Program-made: the position numbers and the translations under genes
The notes under the pieces: generated by a model
What the model was told of the DNA's origin: nothing
The model's database searches: none
Seen by the model: the letters and a program-made list of their open reading frames with translations, nothing else
In this document: in pieces, positions 58,181 through 64,000 of the stretch
Numbering within the stretch: the first letter of the stretch is position 1
Layout: each line of letters starts with the position of its first letter
Assembly: GCA_044347345.1 (NCBI GenBank)
Contig: JBIKUX010000002.1
Location: forward strand, 32,001 to 96,000
DNA: 64,000 nucleotides
Origin: Bdellovibrionota bacterium
GTDB lineage: Bacteria > Bdellovibrionota_C > UBA2361 > JBIKUX01
Direction: 5' to 3'

Positions 58181-60535
58181 TTACTGAATCACGGCTAGTC
58201 TAGCATGCTGATAAGCTAATCTCTTAGTCTCACCAGTACGATCAAATACTACAGTAATCTTGAGGCTAGTAACCTCCTCAACTCCTTCAGTTTCTAAAAC
58301 TGTACCATCACCAAAAATTGGATGTCTCACTCTAACACCCTCACGTAGGGCAGTTGCATCAGCTACCGGAAGAATTGGCATTGATGCCAAATTAGCCTTT
58401 AACCCGCTCTTTGAGTCTTTCATCCTAAGGTCATCAGCAGAACGAATAATCGGAATATCCGCCGAGTAACTTCCTCCTACCCTTCTACTCCTCAGGCTAA
58501 ATGTGTCATTACGAAATGATTTACCTCTGGAGTAACTTGGTATTTGCTCTCTTACATCTTCACTATTAGACGAATACTTCTCATCGTTTATATCGCCGTA
58601 GGAGGTAGGATCTAACTCAATACAATGAGATGGTATATCCTGCAAAAAACGGCTCTCCATCCTACAATCTGGGCCATTTCGCGATGCTCGCCAACATGCC
58701 CTTGTTAAGTATAAAGACTCCATAGCTCGGGTTATTCCAACATAACAAAGCCTACGCTCCTCAGCTAACTCATCATCTTTATCGAAGGTACGAACATGTG
58801 GTAACAGACCATCTTCTAATCCGGAAAAAAAGACTACGGGAAATTCTAAACCTTTGGCGAGATGAAGCGTCATAAGTGATACAGAACCATTTGTCGAAAC
58901 ATTTTGCACTTCATCACTACCAGATAGGGAAATACGATCTAAGAACCGGTAAAGAAGCTCTTGAGGCGTTCGCCCTGAATCCTCTAGCTCCACAGTTCGA
59001 GCTAGTGCTGCTAACTCTTCTAAATTTTCAAGACGCCCCTCTTCACCTTCCTGTTTTAAACGTTCAGCGTATCCCGTTTGCTCAACTATAAGGCCTATCA
59101 ATGCTGCAGGTTCACATTTCCTTGAACTTGCTATCAAAGAGTCAATTTGCTCAATAAATGAAGCTACCTTGGCGTTCTGTTTTGCAAGCAATCTGGCACC
59201 ATCAAGGAACGTCCCACTACCTCTTAATTTATCTATTGATTCAATTGTTTTTGCTCCTATTCCACGAGGTGGATTACCAATAACCCGAAGAAATGCCTCA
59301 GTATCAGAATGGTTCACTATAAGGCGAAGATATCCTAAAATATCACGAACTTCTTTACGGTCATAAAATCTTAAGCCTCCAAATATCTGATAGGCGATTC
59401 CCATCGCTATTAAAGCTTCCTCCAAAGCTCTAGATTGGGCGTTGGTGCGGTAAAATATTGCGATATCACGCAAAGATCGACTCTTACAGATTCGTTTTAT
59501 TTCAGCCGCAATATAAGCAGCTTCATCACCTTCATCGCGTGCAATATACAATTTAATCGGATGTCCCTTGGGCCCATCAGTCCACAGCTTCTTTTTTGTA
59601 CGATTAACATTTTTTTCAACGACGGAATGAGCTGATTCTAATATAATAGCGGTTGACCGATAATTTTGTTCTAAAGCAACAACAGGCGCTTCTGGAAAAT
59701 CTTTTTTAAAACGAAACATATTTTTAACCGTAGCACCACGAAATGCATAAATGGCTTGGTCATCATCACCTACCACCATTATATTTCGTTTAGAGCCGGA
59801 TAATTGCGTGACTATTTCATACTGGATTGGATTAGTATCTTGAAACTCATCGACAAGAATATGCTCAAGTGAATCTTGCAGAAACTCGCGTACATGATGA
59901 TGGTTAAAAAGGAGTAACTTAGTGTTAAGCAAAAGATCGCTAAAATCCATTGCAACAGCTTCTCTGAGACATTCTGCGTATCGCCTGTTTACCTTCTCAA
60001 ATAGTTCATGTAACTGAGATTGTTTAATAAAAGGAAGCTTATAGTTATCTGGATCATTCTTTAGGCCATCAATAGCTGCCAGAAACATTCTCGGAGAATA
60101 TCTCTGAACATCAACTTGAAGTTCTTTTAAAATCCGCCTAACCAGTTGCTCAACATCAGAGGCATCATAAATAACAAAATCCTTACGATACCCAAGAAGG
60201 GTTGCATATCTTCGCAATAAACGAAGGCCGAGAGAATGAAAGGTACATACCCAAAGTCGCTCACTTGGCTCACCTAAAATACTTTTTAACCGAGACCTCA
60301 TCTCTCCAGCAGCTTTATTTGTAAAGGTAACAGCAAGAATTTTTTCTGGTGCTATAAGCCGCTTTGATACTAGGTAAGCGATTCTACGGGTTAAAACACG
60401 AGTTTTGCCGCTTCCAGCTCCCGCAACCACCATTAGTGGCCCGCAGCCATGCTCGACTGCTGTCTGCTGAGGCAAATTGAGTCCACTGAGAAGGTCGGTA
60501 TTGATTAGTTGAGATTGCATACAGAGCGCAGACAA
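58181..60535 (-). CDS. uvrD: UvrD/PcrA superfamily 1 DNA helicase (start possibly ATG 60520)
   Basis: AGAGSGKT, TFTNKAA, VDEFQDTN, VGDDDQ, QNYRS, MTLHLAKGLEF, EERRLCYVGITRA, C-terminal Tudor-like RVRHPIFGDG. Confidence 0.95.
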   Translation of the reverse strand: MSALCMQSQLINTDLLSGLNLPQQTAVEHGCGPLMVVAGAGSGKTRVLTRRIAYLVSKRLIAPEKILAVTFTNKAAGEMRSRLKSILGEPSERLWVCTFHSLGLRLLRRYATLLGYRKDFVIYDASDVEQLVRRILKELQVDVQRYSPRMFLAAIDGLKNDPDNYKLPFIKQSQLHELFEKVNRRYAECLREAVAMDFSDLLLNTKLLLFNHHHVREFLQDSLEHILVDEFQDTNPIQYEIVTQLSGSKRNIMVVGDDDQAIYAFRGATVKNMFRFKKDFPEAPVVALEQNYRSTAIILESAHSVVEKNVNRTKKKLWTDGPKGHPIKLYIARDEGDEAAYIAAEIKRICKSRSLRDIAIFYRTNAQSRALEEALIAMGIAYQIFGGLRFYDRKEVRDILGYLRLIVNHSDTEAFLRVIGNPPRGIGAKTIESIDKLRGSGTFLDGARLLAKQNAKVASFIEQIDSLIASSRKCEPAALIGLIVEQTGYAERLKQEGEEGRLENLEELAALARTVELEDSGRTPQELLYRFLDRISLSGSDEVQNVSTNGSVSLMTLHLAKGLEFPVVFFSGLEDGLLPHVRTFDKDDELAEERRLCYVGITRAMESLYLTRACWRASRNGPDCRMESRFLQDIPSHCIELDPTSYGDINDEKYSSNSEDVREQIPSYSRGKSFRNDTFSLRSRRVGGSYSADIPIIRSADDLRMKDSKSGLKANLASMPILPVADATALREGVRVRHPIFGDGTVLETEGVEEVTSLKITVVFDRTGETKRLAYQHARLAVIQ

Positions 60536-60849
60536 GCGAAATATGATGTTTTGTCGGTGGGAAGCTACTCTTCCTAGCCATATCAGGTCAACTCCCGAAC
60601 TTATACTATATAATGTTAACTAGCTAAACCTAACCCTAGTGACTTTTTTTTAACTGGGTAGCAATTACACTCGAATCCATCTTATTTAACAAAATCGTAA
60701 GAATAATCCCCACACTGCCTACAAAACCACCAAGAAGAACTAACTGAAAAAAAAGTATAATAAGATCAGACATTTTTACCTTTTGAAGCTTAGATTAAAT
60801 AATAATTTTTTCTATTATATTTCTACTATAGAATCATAATTCTAACAGA

Positions 60850-60903
60850 ATGTCCACTATTTTTCCCCTAACTTTCCACAAGTTATCCACAATTGTGGAT
60901 AAC
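60850..60903. promoter_or_regulatory. DnaA-box cluster
   Basis: Perfect TTATCCACA (60883-60891) and inverted TGTGGATAA (60894-60902), plus weaker boxes at 60872, 60861 and 60850. Confidence 0.75.
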
Positions 60904-60955
60904 AATGATTGAGTATGAAAATTATATTAAGCGATGTACGATAATCTAAAAACCG

Positions 60956-61576
60956 ATGGCTAAGCCCTACAAACGTCAAGATTATCTCTACGAGCGAGCT
61001 AAAGAAGATCAATACAGGTCTCGAGCCGCATATAAGCTTTTAGAACTTGATCGCCGCTACCGACTTTTAAAGCGTGGAGCCTGCGTACTTGATTTAGGTG
61101 CTTGGCCTGGAAGCTGGATACAAGTAGCTTCAGAAAAAATCGGAACAGATGGCTTAATAGTAGGTATCGACCTTACCAAAATTGATCCTCTAGATGAAAA
61201 TGATAAGAACCGATCTTCAATAACTTTATTGCAACGGGATATTACTAGCCCTGACCTAATCACAGAACTTACGGAACTAATCACTCAACCCATAGATTTA
61301 ATATTGTGCGACATATCTCCTAAGCTCAGTGGCATAAAGGAGGTTGATCGAGCGCGCATGGAGGAATGCGCTAAAGCTGTTGAGTCAATCACTCATAATT
61401 TACTTACTCCAAGGGGAAATTTCGTCATTAAGCTATTCCAGAGCCCTGAAGGCGACCGATTTGCGCGAAGCCAAGCTCCCTACTTTGATAAGATAATTCG
61501 AGCAGAGCTAGATTCTACTCGTAAATCATCAACGGAGTGGTACTTTGTTGGACTAAAGTTTAAAACAAATAAATGA
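60956..61576 (+). CDS. rlmE: 23S rRNA Um2552 methyltransferase (FtsJ/RrmJ)
   Basis: YRSRAAYKLLE, LDLGAWPGSW, GIDL, DISP, FVIKLF, STRKSSTEWY. Confidence 0.95.
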   Translation: MAKPYKRQDYLYERAKEDQYRSRAAYKLLELDRRYRLLKRGACVLDLGAWPGSWIQVASEKIGTDGLIVGIDLTKIDPLDENDKNRSSITLLQRDITSPDLITELTELITQPIDLILCDISPKLSGIKEVDRARMEECAKAVESITHNLLTPRGNFVIKLFQSPEGDRFARSQAPYFDKIIRAELDSTRKSSTEWYFVGLKFKTNK

Positions 61577-62412
61577 GCGAGCTGGCAGATAACAAAATGA
61601 CACACAACGTCCAAACACAACTAAATCCGGTAATGTTTATAGAGCGATTTGGCAAATGGATATTAGTTTCTTTAGAAGCCTGGGGACAATTCTGGATTTT
61701 TTTGTCCCAAACTCTTCTTGCAACGTTAACTCCACCGTTTCGACCATTTCTTTTTCTTACTCAGCTCTACCATGTAGGCGCACTCTCGGCTCTTGTTATT
61801 GCTCTTATTGGTCTTTTTACAGGCGCTGTGCTCGCTGTACAGGCTGAGTATACACTCGCCAAATTCGGTGCAACTGCCTTTACAGGCTCAGCAATAGCAC
61901 TGAGCCTAATTAGAGAGCTTGGGCCAGTTCTTACCGCATTAATGGTTGTTGGTCGTGCAGGGTCAGCTATGACCGCAGAACTTGGTATCATGAAAATTAC
62001 GGAGCAAGTTGATGCACTTCGTTCCATGGCGGTCGACCCATTACGATACTTAATGGCTCCGAGGCTAGTGGCTAGCACAATAGCTGTGCCGCTTCTAACT
62101 GCTCTTTTTATTGTAGTTGGTATATTCGGAGGCTATCTTGTAGCGATTGGTCTTTTAGACCTCAATCCTGGTACTTTCTGGAGTCAAATGAAGACTGCTG
62201 TTACTGCCGTTGACGTTTACGGCGGACTCATTAAGGCCACGGTATTTGGATTTATCATCGGCTGGGTATGTACATTTAAAGGGTATACTTGTGGCTTCGG
62301 AGCACTAGGAGTAAACCGAGCAACGACAAAAGCTGTCGTAAACGCCTCTGTGGCAGTACTTGTGCTAGATTATTTTTTAACTAGCATACTAACTCGCCTA
62401 CTTCTTGAGTAA
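61573..62412 (+). CDS. mlaE: MlaE-family ABC permease
   Basis: RELGPVLTALMVVGRAGSAMTAELGIMKITEQVDAL, VNRATTKAVV. Confidence 0.95.
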   Translation: MSELADNKMTHNVQTQLNPVMFIERFGKWILVSLEAWGQFWIFLSQTLLATLTPPFRPFLFLTQLYHVGALSALVIALIGLFTGAVLAVQAEYTLAKFGATAFTGSAIALSLIRELGPVLTALMVVGRAGSAMTAELGIMKITEQVDALRSMAVDPLRYLMAPRLVASTIAVPLLTALFIVVGIFGGYLVAIGLLDLNPGTFWSQMKTAVTAVDVYGGLIKATVFGFIIGWVCTFKGYTCGFGALGVNRATTKAVVNASVAVLVLDYFLTSILTRLLLE

Positions 62413-63241
62413 TCCACAGTGGTACTATGAAGTCTTCGAGTACTATAAATTTTTAAGTATTATGAATTTTACCCAAGCTCAAGAAGTGCCAATTCTCTCA
62501 ATCAAGTCTCTATCCAAGTCATTTGGACTTCAAACAGTTCTATCAAATGTTTCTCTTGATATTCATCGGGGTCAAACAACAGCCATTGTGGGGCCTAGTG
62601 GAGCGGGCAAATCAGTGCTTATTAAACTCATCATGGGCATACTTGCGCCTGATTCAGGTCAGGTATTTATTCGTGGAATTGATATGGCTGCCAAATCTAG
62701 CGAATATGAAAAAAATAAACTCAGACAAGGCCTGTCGATGCTTTTTCAATCTGCTGCTTTGTTTGACTCTTTAACAGTGTATGAAAATATTGGATTTCCT
62801 TTATCAACTCGGCTAGATATTAAAAGTTCTGAAGTGCATGATCGGGTAATGACTTTAGCTACATCGCTAAGTCTCAATCAGGTTCTTAGCCTCTATCCTC
62901 AGCAGATCTCTATGGGCACCAGAAAACGGGTAGGTATGGCTCGAGCACTGGTAACAGAACCTGAAATTATCCTCTTTGATGAGCCTAATACAGGCTTGGA
63001 TCCTGTTAACGGACAAGAAGTTTACGATCTAATAAATGAATGCCGAGTAAAATGGGGATTTACTGGTTTAGTCATTAGCCATGAATTACCAGAGGTCTTC
63101 CAAGTAGTCGACCGAGTTGCGATGCTACTCCAAGGCATAATTATTAAAGATTGTACTCCTACGGAATTTGCTGCATCAACTATTCCGGCAGTACAGCAGT
63201 TTTTACATGGAAAAATAGATGGTCCAATCAACATTCAGTAA
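62405..63241 (+). CDS. mlaF: MlaF-family ABC ATPase (likely start ATG 62462)
   Basis: GPSGAGKS, FQSAALFDSLTV, RKRVGMARAL, FDEPNTGLDP, ISHEL. Confidence 0.92.
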   Translation: MSNPQWYYEVFEYYKFLSIMNFTQAQEVPILSIKSLSKSFGLQTVLSNVSLDIHRGQTTAIVGPSGAGKSVLIKLIMGILAPDSGQVFIRGIDMAAKSSEYEKNKLRQGLSMLFQSAALFDSLTVYENIGFPLSTRLDIKSSEVHDRVMTLATSLSLNQVLSLYPQQISMGTRKRVGMARALVTEPEIILFDEPNTGLDPVNGQEVYDLINECRVKWGFTGLVISHELPEVFQVVDRVAMLLQGIIIKDCTPTEFAASTIPAVQQFLHGKIDGPINIQ

Positions 63242-63740
63242 TTCAAAAGTAGCAGCCGCCCCAAAACGTAACTTCTCAATCGAGTTTTTTGTTGGGCTTT
63301 TCACCCTCATTGGATGTATCGCTGGTGGCTGGCTTGCAGTTGGTCTTGGTGGTGCGACTTTATTCTCCACTAATACCTACACAATTTACGCTGAATTCGA
63401 CAATATCTCTGGTTTAAAGGAGGGTGCATCAGTTGAAATTGCTGGAGTACAAATTGGAACAGTTACTGACCTTAAACTTAAAGATCCTTCAGCTATAGTA
63501 GCTTTAGCGCTCCATAAAGGAGTATCGATATATGAGGATGATATCGCCGCTATCCGCACCAAGGGAATCATCGGAGATAGATATATAAAAATTTCACGAG
63601 GTGGGGCTGGTGAACTTTTAAATCCTGAAGGCACTATTACAGAGACAGAATCAGTCGTAGATATTGAAGATTTAATCGGTAAAATCGTTCATACCATGTC
63701 AAGTGGTAACGACGATAAAAAACATTCTGAAGATAAATAA
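63219..63740 (+). CDS. mlaD: MlaD (MCE domain) protein
   Basis: EFFVGLF TM helix, FDNISGL..GASVEIAGVQIG, IRTKGIIGDRYI. Confidence 0.95.
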   Translation: MVQSTFSNSKVAAAPKRNFSIEFFVGLFTLIGCIAGGWLAVGLGGATLFSTNTYTIYAEFDNISGLKEGASVEIAGVQIGTVTDLKLKDPSAIVALALHKGVSIYEDDIAAIRTKGIIGDRYIKISRGGAGELLNPEGTITETESVVDIEDLIGKIVHTMSSGNDDKKHSEDK

Positions 63741-63762
63741 CTCATACTAAGGAAAATGCAAC

Positions 63763-64000
63763 ATGAAGATCCTTTTTGGCACTCTGCTTACAATAGTTGT
63801 GAGCACTTTGATTGGATTTATATCGCAGTTTCCGGTCTCTTCCGTTTCTGCACAAACAACATTCACTGCCAAGCAGCGGATAAGCAGTACGCTTGAAAAT
63901 CTAGTGAGTATAGTTGAACAAAACGGTGGCGAAGAAGTTTCAGCTATTCGTCGACAAAAGCTTCGCAGTGCTATTAACCCATATTTTGATTTTGCTGAGA
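63763..64000 (+). CDS. mlaC: MlaC-like phospholipid-binding protein, 3' truncated (not in ORF track)
   Basis: AAGGA RBS, then MKILFGTLLTIVV...RRQKLRSAINPYFDFAE, open to the window end; follows mlaD. Confidence 0.8.
   Translation, partial: MKILFGTLLTIVVSTLIGFISQFPVSSVSAQTTFTAKQRISSTLENLVSIVEQNGGEEVSAIRRQKLRSAINPYFDFAE

Overview
AT-rich bacterial chromosome segment, mostly core genes. Gene content and order (DUF6178-like protein; pyrG-kdsA...lptCAB-rpoN-hpf-rapZ-metK) suggest a deltaproteobacterial-type lineage, possibly Bdellovibrionota-related (inference only). Housekeeping genes: SurA-like PPIase, PMM/PGM, metK, rapZ, hpf, rpoN, lptCAB, kdsA, pyrG, pcnB, pssA, infC, fumC, skp, folK, tadA, rlmH, uvrD/pcrA, rlmE, mlaEFDC. 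Also tRNA-Arg(ACG), tRNA-Ser(GGA), a decayed IS3-family element, a glycogen-debranching/GH63 pair and a DUF58-transglutaminase-TPR-MoxR operon. No CRISPR array, rRNA or prophage was seen. Best candidates for undescribed biology: (1) an FHA-adenylate cyclase gene directly upstream of a PilB/GspE motor ATPase with a PDE-type GAF domain, then a methyltransferase (possible cNMP-gated pilus motor); (2) a divergent four-gene acyl-building cassette (DRE-TIM synthase with altered motifs + ACP / SDR + adenylating ligase); (3) two full-length but highly diverged UvrA-derived proteins that keep different Walker A motifs; (4) an 11-bp-phased DnaA-box array beside an AT-rich tract between uvrD and rlmE (oriC- or DARS-like). 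All family calls come from motif recognition by eye; no searches were run.
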